64,000 nt of DNA, taken from positions 96,001 through 160,000 of the forward strand of contig CAXNJO010000006.1 of NCBI GenBank assembly GCA_964202905.1, in the 5' to 3' direction. The position numbers and the translations under genes were made by a program. The notes beneath the pieces are model-generated. The model was given only the letters and a program-made list of their open reading frames with translations, was not told the DNA's origin and did not search any database. This stretch comes from Polyangiales bacterium (GTDB taxonomy: Bacteria; Myxococcota_A; Polyangia; Polyangiales; JADJQN01). Position 1 is the first letter of the stretch, and the number at the start of each line of letters is the position of its first letter. Shown piece by piece: positions 10,959-22,616 of the stretch.

Positions 10959-11558
10959 ATGCCCGAGCAAACTCCGCCCCTCCACGACCCCTTCGCGCGG
11001 TTCGACGCAGCGCTCGCGCGCGCGCGAGCCGTCGAGCCGAACGACGTCACCGCCGTCGCCCTCGCGACCGCGACGCCCGCGGGGCTCCCCTCGCTCCGCT
11101 ACGTGCTGCTGAAGGGCGTCGACGCCCGGGGCTTCGTCTTCTACACGAACCGCGAGAGCCGCAAGGGGCGCGAGCTCGCGGCGAACGCGCACGCGGCGCT
11201 CGCGTTCCTGTGGCCCACCGTCTACGTGCAGGTGCGCGTCGAGGGGGCGGTCGAGCAGGTCGACGACGCGGAATCCGAAGCGTATTTCGCCTCGCGTCCG
11301 CGGGGGAGCCAGCTCGGGGCGTGGGCGTCGCAGCAGAGCCGCCTGCTCTCGTCGCGCGAGGCGCTCGCGCAGGCCGTCGAGGACTTCGACCGCCGCTTCC
11401 CCGAGGGCAGCGTGGTGCCGCGTCCGTCGCACTGGGGCGGCTACCGGCTCCTGCCGACGCGCATCGAGTTCTGGCAGGGCCGCGACAGCCGCCTGCACGA
11501 GCGTGACGTCTACCTGCGCGAGGGCGAGGGGTGGCGGATCGAGGCGCTCTACCCCTGA
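10959..11558 (+). CDS. pdxH: Pyridoxamine 5'-phosphate oxidase
   Basis: VLLKG...[61 protein letters not shown] terminus. Confidence 0.96.
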   Translation: MPEQTPPLHDPFARFDAALARARAVEPNDVTAVALATATPAGLPSLRYVLLKGVDARGFVFYTNRESRKGRELAANAHAALAFLWPTVYVQVRVEGAVEQVDDAESEAYFASRPRGSQLGAWASQQSRLLSSREALAQAVEDFDRRFPEGSVVPRPSHWGGYRLLPTRIEFWQGRDSRLHERDVYLREGEGWRIEALYP

Positions 11559-11583
11559 AGGCGCGGCCCGCTGCGCCGGCGCG

Positions 11584-12975
11584 TCACGGCCCAGCGGGCG
11601 GCGATGCGGGCGCCGCGGAGGCCGGCTGCGCGAGGAGGACCGCGCGCTCGATCGGGTCGAAGGTCACGACCAGCTGGCCGAGCACGTGCAGCCCGAGCAT
11701 CCCATCGATGCGCGTCCCCGCGACGCGGGCGAGCGCGTCGGGGACGACGCCGACGACGGCCGGGACGCCCTCGACGACGGTGTCGCCGAGGCGCAACGCG
11801 GCGAGCGCGTAGAGGGTGATCCCCTCGGGCGTGCCCGGCGGCGTCGGCAAAGGACGCGAGGTGACGCCCTCCGCGTGGATGGCGCGCGCGGTGAGCGCGA
11901 CCGGGAGCGCGGCCGACGAGTCGAGCGCGAAGAAGGTCGCCGGTGCGGCGTCGATGGCGCCGCGGACCGCGAGCAGCGAGCCCTCGAACGCGTAGAGGTC
12001 GAGCCGCTGCGCGCCGGCCGCGGGCGGTGGTGCGGGGCGCGCGCGGAACGTCACCGCGCGTCCGGGGCCATCGAGCGTCGCGTGGAGCCGGAGCAGGAGA
12101 TCCGCGCCGACGACCGCGGCGATCTCCGTGCCTGCGGCCGCAGAGACGTCGGCGAGGTCGCGGGCGAGCGCGGGGACGCCCTCGACGACGAGCCCGCCGA
12201 GCGCGACGCGGCCGAGCAGCGTGCCGCCGCGCGCGAGCGCGTCGTCGACGACGGTGAGGCCCGCGGCCGTGGACACGAGCGCGTGGACGCGGCGACCGTC
12301 GATCTCGAGCGCGATGGTCGCGAGCGCGTCGGGGGCGCGCGCATCGAAGGGAATCGTGGCCTCGGCGTCGCCGGAAATCGCGTACCCCACGCGCCCCGCG
12401 GCCGCGCGGAGGGCGGGGGCGACGGCGGCGGCCCAGCCGTCCTCGGGCGGCGCGCCCGCGACGGAGTCGAGGTCGGCCTGCGCGGCCGCGAGGTCGCCGC
12501 GGCCGAGGTGGGCGCGTGCGCGGAGCCGCACGAGAAGGGGCGCCTGCGCGGCGCCGAGCAGCGAGAGGGCGCGCTCGGGATCGAGCCGTGCGAGCGCGAC
12601 GCGCGCGGCGACCTCGAGGGCGCGCGTGTCCCCGGGGTCGAGCTGGAGCGCGCTGTCGGCGGCGGTCGCGGCGCGCGCGAGATCGCCCTCGAGGTACGCG
12701 GCGACGGCGCGATCCCGCCAGCGGCGATCCGAGGGCGGCGCCTCCGCGACGTGCGCGACCGTGGCCGTGCGCGGGGACGCGCCGCCGCAGGCCGCGAGCA
12801 GGCCCGCGAGCGCGGCGCACGACGCGACGAGGCGGGATGGCGCGGGACGCGCTCGGCCGTGCGTCCCGGGGGCGCGCGGCGTGCAGGGCGTCGCGTCGAG
12901 GGCGGGAGTCGGGCGCACCGCGGTGGCGTGTCGGGGACGGTCGGCGATCATCGGAGCTCCTCGCGCGCGCGGCAT
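11584..12975 (-). CDS. Lipoprotein with TPR and two retropepsin-like aspartyl protease lobes
   Basis: Lipobox LLAAC; TPR; ALVSTAAG...VVGADLL and ALDSSA...DGMLGLHVL...VTFD; start uncertain. Confidence 0.7.
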   Translation of the reverse strand: MPRARGAPMIADRPRHATAVRPTPALDATPCTPRAPGTHGRARPAPSRLVASCAALAGLLAACGGASPRTATVAHVAEAPPSDRRWRDRAVAAYLEGDLARAATAADSALQLDPGDTRALEVAARVALARLDPERALSLLGAAQAPLLVRLRARAHLGRGDLAAAQADLDSVAGAPPEDGWAAAVAPALRAAAGRVGYAISGDAEATIPFDARAPDALATIALEIDGRRVHALVSTAAGLTVVDDALARGGTLLGRVALGGLVVEGVPALARDLADVSAAAGTEIAAVVGADLLLRLHATLDGPGRAVTFRARPAPPPAAGAQRLDLYAFEGSLLAVRGAIDAAPATFFALDSSAALPVALTARAIHAEGVTSRPLPTPPGTPEGITLYALAALRLGDTVVEGVPAVVGVVPDALARVAGTRIDGMLGLHVLGQLVVTFDPIERAVLLAQPASAAPASPPAGP

Positions 12976-13017
12976 CGCGCCGTGCCGCGCGATGCGGGTG
13001 TAGCGCGGGACGAGGGC

Positions 13018-13896
13018 TCATGTCGCCGGCGGCGCGACGACCTCCGCCCAGAGGATCCGATCGCCGCGGAGACGCCGCGTGCAGCGGGCGCGCAAGAGGC
13101 GGCCCTCGACGTGCGGCGGCTCGAGCAGGCGGATGGCGAGCACGTCTTCCGTCGCGTTGCGGCGCGGCACGCGGTAGCAGACGCGGGCGTGCCCCGTCGT
13201 CGCCGCGGCCTGCGTGAGCACGCGCCGCACGTCGTCGCGCATCGAGGCGTGCGCCTCGCCCGCGCGCACCTGCCAGAGGGCGCGCGCCGTCGGGGCGCGC
13301 AACGCGGCCGCGAGGTGCGCGAAGAGCGCGGCCGTCGTGATGACGTCGCTGAGCGCGCGGTGCGTCGGGGCCGGAAGACGCAGCGCGCCCGCGAGCGCCG
13401 CGAGCCGATAGGACGGCAGGCAGAGCGCGCGCCGCGCCAGCACGAGCGTGTCGATCGCCCACGCCGGAGGCGTCGGGAGTTCGCCGCGCACCGCGGCCTC
13501 GTGCAGGAACGCGACGTCGGCGGCGAGCCCGTGCCCGACGAGCACCGCGCCGTCGAGCAGCCCGGCGAGGGCCGGCGCGAGCGACGCGAGCGGTGGCGCG
13601 GTCGAGAGCGTCGCGTCGTCGAGGCCGTGGATGTGCTGCGACCCCCCGACGCGCGAGGCGGGCCGCACGAGCGAGTTCAGCTCCCCCTCGACGACGCCGC
13701 CGCGCACGCGGCGCACGGCGAGCTCGCAGATGTGGTGAGCGCGCGCGTCGAGCCCCGTGAATTCCAGGTCGAGGAAGGCGAGGGGGGCCTCGCCGAGGGG
13801 CAGATCCCAGGGCGCGCCCGCGGGTGGCGCGGCCGCGTCGACGGGCGGCTCGAGGGCCGCGGGGCCGTCTCCGGGATCGGGGTTCGTGTCCGCCAC
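13018..13896 (-). CDS. DEDDh 3'-5' exonuclease (DnaQ-like) with C-terminal WYL-like domain
   Basis: FLDLEFTGL, VGHGLAAD, IDTL, HRALSDV; C-terminus VCYR...RRLRGDRI; GTG start at 13896 inferred. Confidence 0.85.
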   Translation of the reverse strand: MADTNPDPGDGPAALEPPVDAAAPPAGAPWDLPLGEAPLAFLDLEFTGLDARAHHICELAVRRVRGGVVEGELNSLVRPASRVGGSQHIHGLDDATLSTAPPLASLAPALAGLLDGAVLVGHGLAADVAFLHEAAVRGELPTPPAWAIDTLVLARRALCLPSYRLAALAGALRLPAPTHRALSDVITTAALFAHLAAALRAPTARALWQVRAGEAHASMRDDVRRVLTQAAATTGHARVCYRVPRRNATEDVLAIRLLEPPHVEGRLLRARCTRRLRGDRILWAEVVAPPAT

Positions 13897-13928
13897 GTAC
13901 GGGCTCGCAGTGGACGCGGCGCGCCCGG

Positions 13929-16900
13929 TCAGACCTCGCCGAGCTCGCGGAGGAAGTCGTCGGCCTCGGTGAGGCCGGGGTCCTCCTCCTTGGCCTTCCG
14001 CGTCCAGAGGACCGCGCGGCGGGTGTCCGCCTTCTGGTGCGCGAGCTGCGCCTGCCGGAGGAAGGCGACCGCCCGCGACATGCGGCCCGTCTGCTTCATC
14101 AGCGTGATGGCGCGGAGCGCCTTCGACGCGGTCTCCGAGTCGCCGAGCGCCATGGCGAGCTCCGCGAGATCCGCGGCGATGTCGCCGCTGTTCTTGTCGC
14201 TCTCGAGCGCGACCTTGTACCACTCGAGCTCCGTGTCGCGCGCGCCGGCGGCCCCGGCGAGCCGCGCCATGCGCTGCTGGAGCATCGCGAGTTCGGGGGT
14301 GCGCCGCTTGCCGTGGGCGGCGATCGCCACCTCGAGCAGCTGGCCCGCCTCCGCGTGCGCGCCCGTCGCGGTGTACGCGTCGACGAGCGCGACGGTGACC
14401 TCGTGGTCCTCGGGGCGCAGGTCGTACGCGGCCACGAGCGGCGCGAGCGCGCTCGCCGGGTCGTCCGCCCGCGCGAGCAGCGCGCCCGCGCGCCGGAGCG
14501 CATCGAAGCGCGCGTCGGCGTCGGGCGTCGACTCCGCGTCGGAGAGCAGCACCACGGCGAGCTCGCGGTCCGCGCCGAGCGCGGTGTAGAGGGACCGCAG
14601 CCGCTCGCGGACGCGCTCGTCCGCCGGCTGCGCGAAGAAGACGTGCTCGAGCCCGGCGCGCGCGGCGTCGGGCTGGCCGAGCGCGGTGGCGGCCGCGTCG
14701 AGGCGCAGCGCAGCCTCGACCTGCGCGTCGCCCTCCTCGAGCTGGACGAGCTGGTTGCAGGCGTCGATGACCTCCTGCCAGCGCTCGCCCGCCGCGTCGA
14801 GATCGACGAGCGCCCGCAACGCCTCGATGTCGCTCGGCGATCGCGCGATCCACGCCGCGAGCGCGTCGCGGGCGCGCGTGCCCTCGCCGTGTGCGCCGAG
14901 GAGTGCGACGAGCCGGAAAGTGAGCCCCCGCTCGGCGTCGTGCGCGCCCTGCGTCGCGGCTCGCTCGAGGGCGAGCGCGAGCCCGTGCGCGAGCGCGTCG
15001 GCGGCCTCGACACCGACGAGCGCGTACGCCTCCTCGAGGTCGCGCAGCGCCGCGTCGTCGTCCCCGCCTCGCGCGTGCAGGGCCGCACGCTCGCGGAGCA
15101 GCGCGGCGCGTGCCGCGCCCTCCGGGCCCCGCGCGAGGGCCGCGTCGACGGGTCCGCGCGCGGCCTCGAGCGCCCCCGCGGCGAGGTGCGCGGCGACGAG
15201 CTCGGCGAGCAGCGCGTGATCGTCGGGCTGCAGCGCGAGGGCCGCGCCGAGCGCCTCGGCCGCGCGTGCGGCGTCGTCGAGGCGATCGCGGTAGAGCGCC
15301 GCCGCCTCGCGGTGGAAGGCGACCGCCCGCGGCGCGTCGTCGCTGCGCTGTGCGTCGAGGGAGAGCATCGCGGCGAGGCGCGCGTGGTCGTCGCGCTCGC
15401 GGTACCAGGCGTCGAGCCGCGCGCGCAGCCCTTCCTCGCCGGGGGCCGCGCGGTGTCCGGTCGCGAGCGCCTGCTCGGCCGCCGCCTCGTCCTCGAGGGT
15501 GAGGTGCAGGTCGGCGAGCGCGAGCGCGAGCGCGGCCGACGAGGCGCCCGAGTCGATCGCGAGGAGGCGCTCCATGGCCTCCGCACGGTCGCGCGGATGG
15601 GCGTCGGGCCCGAGCAGCTCGAGCAGGAGCGCGAGCAGCGCGCGCTCGGTCGGGGCGAAGTCGAGCGCCGAGCGCACGGCGTCGAGGGAGTCGTCGCGCC
15701 GCGCTTCGACGCGGTAGAGCGCGACGAGGCGCAGCGTGAGGTCGACCACGCCTGCGGCATCGCCGCGGTCCTTCGCGGCGTCGAGCTGCCGCTCGACCAG
15801 CTCGAGGAGCTCCGTCGAGCTGCCGAGCCGCGTGAGCACCTCGCCGAGCAGCGCAGCGGCCTCGGCGTGGCTCGGGTCCTCGCCGAGGATCTCCCGCAGC
15901 TGGCCCGTGGCCTCCGCGTCGCGCCCCTGATCGAGCAGGAAGTGCGTCAGCTCGAGCCTCACCGCGTTGCGCTCTGCCGGAACGAGGAGCGCGTCGAGCG
16001 TGCCCGCGACATGCGCGGTGAGCCGCGCCGCGTCGCCGATGCGTCGATAGACGCCGAGCAGGGGCTGCCAGACCGCGCGGTCCGCCGGATCGCGTTCCCG
16101 CAGGCGCTCCCAGGTCGCAGCCGCGATCTCGAGGTCACCGTCGGCGCCCTCCGCGGCCTGCGCGAGTTGCACGCCGAGCGCGAACGCGTCGTCCGGATGG
16201 GCCGCGTCGAACGCCTCACCCAACCAGCGCAGCGCCGTGGCCGTGTCACCCGCGGCGAGACGACGCGCCGCGAGCTCCGTCGCCGTCCACAGCGCGCTCG
16301 CGAGGCCCTCCGCGCTGCCGCGCGCGAGCGCCACGCCGCGCTCGAGCAGTCGCTCGGCGCGCGCGTCCTGCGCGAGGGACGTCGCGGCATCGACGCCTTC
16401 GCGGATCTCCGCGAGCGTCGCGCCGTCGCGTCCCGCGCGGAGTTCGAGGTAGTCGAGCAGGATCGCGGCGTCCCGCGCCTGCCGCGCGACGCGCTCGAAC
16501 GTGGCGAGAACCCGCTCGCCGCCCGTCGCCGCGGCCCCGCTCAGGATCGCGCCCGCGCGCGCCCAGCGCGGATCGGCCGCGAGACCGCGGTCGAGCAGGT
16601 CGAGGCCCTCCTCGAGCGCCGCCTCGTCGGCGGGCGCGGCGAGCCGGAGCTCGGCGAGCCGATAGAGCGCGTCGGTCGTCGGGCCGCCCGCGTCGTCCAC
16701 GACGATGAGCGCGAGCACGCGCAGCTCCTCGGCCGTGTCCCCCGAGCGACCCGCGACCCGCGCGAGCGCGAGCCGGGCCTCGCCCGCGAGGTCGCCGCCC
16801 TGCTCGACGCGCGCGTAGATCGCGGCGGCCTGCGCGGCATCGCCGAGATCCTCCTCGAGGACGGCGCCGAGGTCCAGCAGCGTGCGGGCCATCGCCTCGT

Positions 16901-19900
16901 GGTCCTCCGCGCGGCGCTGTTGCTCGGCCTGCGCTTGGAGGGCCGCGACGTAGTCCGCGGCGCGCGCCGTCCGCCGTGCGAGGGCGCGCGTGGCCGCGTG
17001 GAGCGTCTCGTCCGCCGGGGTGAGCGCGAGCGCCTCGAGGCGGGCGTCGAGCGCCGCGTCGAGGAGCCCGAGCCGGTGCTCGAGCAGGTCGGCGAGGGCA
17101 CCGAGGAGGGGCGCGCGCTCGGTCGGATCCGTCGCGGCGGCGAGGCGCTGCTCGAGGACGCGCCGGGCGAGCGCATGCGCGTCGCGGGCGGCGAGGGCGC
17201 GCACGAAACGAAGGGCTTCGAGGTCGCTCTGCGCGGCGGCGGCGACCGCGGACTCGATCAGCTCGCGGGACTGCTCGTCCTGCCCGCGCTTGGCGGCGAG
17301 GCGCGAGAGCTCGAGCTGCACCTCGGGGACGCCGACCGCGTCGAGCGAGTCATCCTGTGCCTTGCGCGCGTGGAGCAGCAGCGCGCGGTACGCGCGCTCG
17401 GCGCGATCGAGCTGCCCGGCCTCGCCCGCGAGCCCGCCGAGCTCGAGCATCACGCCCGCGTTCCCGGCGTCCATCGACGCGGCGAGGTCGAGCTGTTCGA
17501 GCGCCGCCTCGGTTTCGCCACGCGCCCGCGCGACCTTCGCGAGCTGGAAGTGGAACGCGGCGCGCTCCGGCGTGCGGCGCCGTCCGAACTCGGCGACGAG
17601 CGCGTCGAGCACCGCCCGCGCCTCGTCGAGCCGACCGCTCGCCCGGTAGCCCTCGGCGAGCGTGCGCTTGAGCGCGCGGTCTTCCGGCGCGAGCTGCGCC
17701 GCCTGCTCGAGCAGCGGCACGGCGAGCTCGGTCTTGCGGAGTCGGGTGACGTAGATGTCCGCGGCCTCGCGCAGCCGCTCGAGCCGCACGGCGTCGTCCG
17801 CGATCTGCGCGGCGTCCTCGGCGAGCAGGCGCCCGAGCGGGGCCCACGCCTGCTGCTCGCGGTAGAGCCGCGCGAGCAGCGTGCGCACCTCGGCGTTCGC
17901 CGGGTCGTCCGCGAAGGATGTCTCGAGGCGCTGCACGGCGCGGTCGCGCTGACCTGCGGCGAGCAGCGCGTCGGCGAGGCGCAGCGACGTCGCGGTGCGC
18001 TCCTCGCCCTCGCTCGAGGCGAGCCGGCGCTCGATCCAATCGACGGCGGCGCGGTGCTCGCCGCGCCCCGCGTGCAGCCGCGCGAGCGCGTCGAGCGCGG
18101 CGGTCGAGGGCGCGAGCGCGACGACCTTGCGCAGCGTGACGAGGGCGCGCGGGACGTCCCGCAGATCGTGCTCGGCGAGCTCGGCGACCGCGCCCCACAG
18201 CGCGGCGCCGCGCGTGGCGTCGCCCGCCTTCTCGACGCGCTGCGCCTGCGCCGTCAGCAGCTCGGCGAGCGCACCGAAGGCGTGCTTCTCCCGCAGCAGC
18301 GCGGTGATCGCGGCGATCGAGGCCGCGTGCCCGGGCTGCTCCTCGAGGTTCGCCTCGAGCGCCTCGAGCCGCCCGCCGCGGGCCTCGAGCTCCCCGACGA
18401 GCCGCGCGATGTCGAGGCGCATCGCGAGCCTGCGCGCGGGATCCGTCGTCGCGGCGAGTGCGCGCTTGCGCAGCGCGAGCAGGTCGGAGAGCCGCTCCTC
18501 CTGCTCGAAGAGCGCAGCGAGCTGCGCGAGCGCGTCGGCGTCGTCGGGCGTCTCCTCGAGCACGCCGCGGTAGAGGTCGATGGCGCGCGCGCGATCGCCG
18601 AGCGGACCGGCCGCGAGGCCGGCTGCGCGCACCCGCATCGCCCGCGTCTCCGCGGCCGCGAGCGGCAGCGTCGCGCCCTCGAGCAGCAGCGCGTAGACGG
18701 CGCGCGTCTCGCCCGCCGCGTCGCGCTGCGCGAGCAGCCGCGCGTGGGCCCAGGCGGCGGTCTCGCCGATCGCGTCGCTCGCGGACGCGCCGTCGCGGCG
18801 CAGCAGCAGCGTCGCGCGTTCGTAGAGGCGCGTGAGCGTCTCGCGCGCGAGCGCCGCATCGTCGAGCGCACCGAGCGCGAGCGTCGCCGCCTCGCGGAGC
18901 GCGTCGACGTCGCCCGGCGCGAGCTGGGCGAGCCGCACGAGCGCGTCGTGCAGCTCGCGGGACGGCGCCGAACGGAGCAGCGCGACGAGCGCGCGGAGGG
19001 AGCCGATGTCCTCCGCGTCGTGCGCGAGCGCGCGGCGGAGCGCGTGCGCGGCCGCGCTCGTGTCCCCGAGGCGGTCGCGGTGCCACGCGGCGACGCGCTG
19101 CTCGAGGTCGCGGCGCTGCGTCGCGCCGAGCCCGTCCGTCTGCGCGACGCCGTCGGCGACGCCCCCCGCGAGGGTGGCCCAGCGGCCGGACTGCGCCGCT
19201 GCCTCCTCGACCGCCGAGAGCAACCCGGCATCGACGCGGCCGGTCTCGCCCGCGAGCGCGAAGACGCGCGCGATCGCCGTCTCGAGGTCGTCGCTGCGGA
19301 GCGCGCAGTCGACGACGAGCGCCGCGACGTCCCGCCGCGCGGGCTCCGCGCGGGCGACGCGCTCGGCGAGGTCGCGCGCATGCGTGGTGACGTTCAACGG
19401 CCCGCCGAGCAGCAGGGCGGCGCGCAGCAGGAGCGCGTTGGCGCGCGGCCCCTCGCCGCTCGCGAGCGCGGCCTGCTCGAGGAACTTCGCGGCCACGTCG
19501 TGCGCGCCCGTCGCGTCGGCGAGGCGCAACAGGGAGGCCTCGAGCGCGCCGTCGTCGGGCGAGAGCTTGAGGGCGTCGCCCGTCGCGAGGAGGGCGGCCG
19601 TGAGGTCACCGCGCTCGCGCTCCTCGAGGCGCGCGGCCTCGGCGAGGATGCGCGCACGCTCGGCGTCGCCCGTGGCGAGCTTGAAGCGTGCGTCGACGAG
19701 CGAGAGCAGCCCGGCCCAGTCTCGCGTCGCCTCGTACGCCGCGACGAGGCCCTCGACGGCGGTCGCGCGGGCGCGCTCGTCGGCGAGCAGCGCACCAAGA
19801 CCCTCGCGGGCGAGCGGCAGCGTCGGGTCGGCGCGCAGCGCGTCGCGGAGGGCGCGCGCGGCGCCTGCGGTGTCGCCGAGGCGCTCGCGCAGCACCTCGC

Positions 19901-21715
19901 CGAGCCGCGCGAGCAGCTCGGTGACGCGGGCGGTGTCGCGCGCGCCGGCGCGCGTGAGCAGCGCCGCGAGGTCCGCGTCGCGACCGGCCTGCGCGTAGAG
20001 CGCCGCGAGCGCGTCGACCACCTCGGCGTCCTCGCCGAACGCGGCCGCGAGCTCCGACCACGTGGCGATCGCCGCGTCGACGGCGCCGAGCTCCGTCGCC
20101 TGCAAGTGCGCGATGTGCGCGAGGTCCGCGCGCCGCTGCGGGGCCGGGACGTCGGCCACGATCCGTTGACGCAGTGCGTCAATCGCGGGCGCCCACTGCC
20201 CGGCCTGCACGCGGAGCGTGATCGTGGCGCCGAGGGCCTCGAGGTCGTTGGGGTCGGCGGCGAAGCGACGCGCGTGCGCGTCCAGCGCCCGCTCGGTGTC
20301 GCCGAGCGCGAGCGCCTCGCGTGCCAGCGCCGCGAGCGCATCCCGCCGGCCGGAGGCGCCCGGCTCGAGCGCGGCGAGCCGGTCGAGCGCATCGAGCCGC
20401 TCACGCGCGCGCTCGGGACGCGCGAGCAGCGCCGCGAGGCGCCGCGCTGCGGGCAGCGCCAGCGCGCCGTCTGCGCCGGCGGCGGCGAGCACGTCGGCGC
20501 GCCAGCTGCGCGGCGCCGTCGAGATCGCCGAGCCGCTCCGCGCGGAGCTCCGCCGCGGCCGACAGGAGCGCCACCTTGCGCGCGGTGCGTGACGCGCGCC
20601 GCCGCCGCGAAGCCCTCCGCGAGCCGCGCGTGCGCGCCGGTCGCGTCCGCGAGCGCGTGAAGCTCCGGCTCCGCGGCCGCGTCGTCGGGCGCGAGCGCGA
20701 GCAGCGCGAGCAGCTGCGACATCGCCGCCTCGGGCTGACCCGCCGCCGCGAGTCGCGCGCCCAATTCGCGCCGCAGCGCGCGCTCCTCGGCGCCGTCGCT
20801 CCGACCGAGCGCGAGCTCGAGCACGCGGACCACCTCGGCCTGCCGGCCCTGCTCGTCGTAGCGCGAGCGCAGCAGGGCGAGGGCCCGCTCGCGGACGTTG
20901 GCCTCCGCTTCCGGCGCCGCGAGCACGCGCTCGAGCAGCGGCAGCGCGTGGGCCTCTTCGCCCGCGTCGAGCAGCTGGCGCGTCTCGGCGAGCGCCGCGG
21001 CGGGGTCGTGCAGCCGCGTGAGGTGGCAGTCCGCGATGCGCGCCCGCAGCGACGCGGCCTCGTCCGCCGTGACGCCCGCGGTGATGCGCGACGTCCACAG
21101 GCGGATCAGCGCCTCGAAGCGCTCCTGGCGCTCGAGGAGCCGCTCGAGCGACGCGAAGACTTGGGCGTCTCCCGGGCGCGCGTCGGCGAGCTGCTGCAGA
21201 TAGCCGATCGCGCGCTCGGCATCGGCCGCGAAGTCCTTCGCGACGTTGGCGGCCTCGGCCAGCAGCTCGAGGCGACGCGCGGGCGACGGTGCCGCGGCGA
21301 TGGCGCGATCGTAGAGCGCGAGGAGCTCCGCGAAGCGCGAAGCGGCGGTGAGCGTGATGGCGAGCCGCTCGAGCGGGAAGGTCGCCGTGGGGTCGATCTC
21401 GAGCACGCGCGTCAGCACGCGGACGAGCGCGGGCGCGTCGTCGCCGAACCACTCGGCGTGGAAGCGGGCGGCCCGCTCGCCGAGGGTGAGCGCGAGCGCG
21501 GCGGGGAGCTCCGTCTCGAGCACGGCGACGAAGAGATCGGAGACCTCGTCGGGCCGCTGCAGGTCCGCGGCGCGGGCCTCGAGCGCGTCCCAGCGCTCGG
21601 CGCGGTGCGGCTCGGCGCGCGTGTCGGCGAGGCGCTGCGCGAAGCGCGCGTCCTCCGGGGCTGGGGGGTGTCCACTGCTCTCTCTGGTCTCGCCGGAACG
21701 GGAGTTGGTATCCAT
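13929..21715 (-). CDS. Giant TPR/alpha-solenoid protein (~2590 aa) interrupted by two closely spaced frameshifts
   Basis: Protein-like translation runs from ATG 21715 to ~20585, through a third-frame segment RKVALLSAAAELRAERLGDLDGAAQL, then continues in ORF 13929..21761 from ~20500. Confidence 0.82.
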
Positions 21716-21834
21716 GATCCCCTTGCATCGACGGCCGGAACGGCCCGCGCCGGCCGACCATACCAGCGCCTCCGGGGATCCGATCACGTCGAATTCCCGA
21801 ATTGCCCAGCCGCTGCGCGTGGCACGCTCGCGCC

Positions 21835-22560
21835 GTGGGTGCAGGTCTCCCGCCTCCGGGTCCCGAGGACGCGCCGCTCGTCGCGGCCGCGCTCCGCGTC
21901 TACCGTAGGTACCAGCGCGAGATCGTCGAGGGGCTCCACCTCTGCCCCTGGGCCGCCCGTGCGCGGCAGGAGGATCGCGTGCGCGAGGCGGTGCTCCTCT
22001 CTCCGCTGCCGGAGGTCGCGCCTGCGGCCGACGCGGTGACCGCGATCGCCGACGCCATGGACGTCGAGATCGGGCTGCTGATCTTCCCGCGCCTGCGCCT
22101 CTCCCGCGGCGAGTTCGAGCGCTTCGTCGGGCTCGTCCGCGAAGAACACACGCGGCGCGAGCAGGCGGCGATGCCGCCCGAACGGCGGCACGGCGGCGGG
22201 CGCCTCGCCATGGCCGCCTTCCACCCGGACGCGGCGCCGGATCTCAGCAAGCCCTCGCGCCTCGTGCCCTTCCTTCGGCGCACGCCCGACCCGACGATCC
22301 AGCTCGTGCGCCTCAGCGCCCTCGACCGCGTCCGCGCGAACGACCCGGCGCACGGCACGGGCGTCGTCGATCTGCGCACGCTCGACCTCGCCGCCTTCCT
22401 CGCGACGCCGCCGCAGCCGCCGATCCACGAGCGCATCGCGGCGCACAACCTCGACACCGTCTCGGGCCTCGGCGCGGACGCCGTCGCCGCGCTCCTCGCG
22501 GACATCCGCCGCGATCGGGACGCGACGTACGCCGCCCTCGGCGAGGCCCCGCCCGCCTGA
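21835..22560 (+). CDS. DUF1415-like protein
   Basis: IVEGLHLCPWA, AAFHPD, RRTPDPTIQLVR, RIAAHN resemble DUF1415 motifs; start uncertain. Confidence 0.65.
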   Translation: MGAGLPPPGPEDAPLVAAALRVYRRYQREIVEGLHLCPWAARARQEDRVREAVLLSPLPEVAPAADAVTAIADAMDVEIGLLIFPRLRLSRGEFERFVGLVREEHTRREQAAMPPERRHGGGRLAMAAFHPDAAPDLSKPSRLVPFLRRTPDPTIQLVRLSALDRVRANDPAHGTGVVDLRTLDLAAFLATPPQPPIHERIAAHNLDTVSGLGADAVAALLADIRRDRDATYAALGEAPPA

Positions 22561-22616
22561 CGCCGACCGACGCCGCGCCCACGCCCCGCGGCGCGCCACC
22601 CCCGAGAGCCGAACCC

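Noticed and set aside
4723..11112. 2129-aa plus-strand ORF
   Set aside because: Antisense shadow of the TPR and kinase genes; stop-free because of GC3 bias, no motifs
13824..20660. 2278-aa plus-strand ORF
   Set aside because: Antisense shadow of the giant TPR gene
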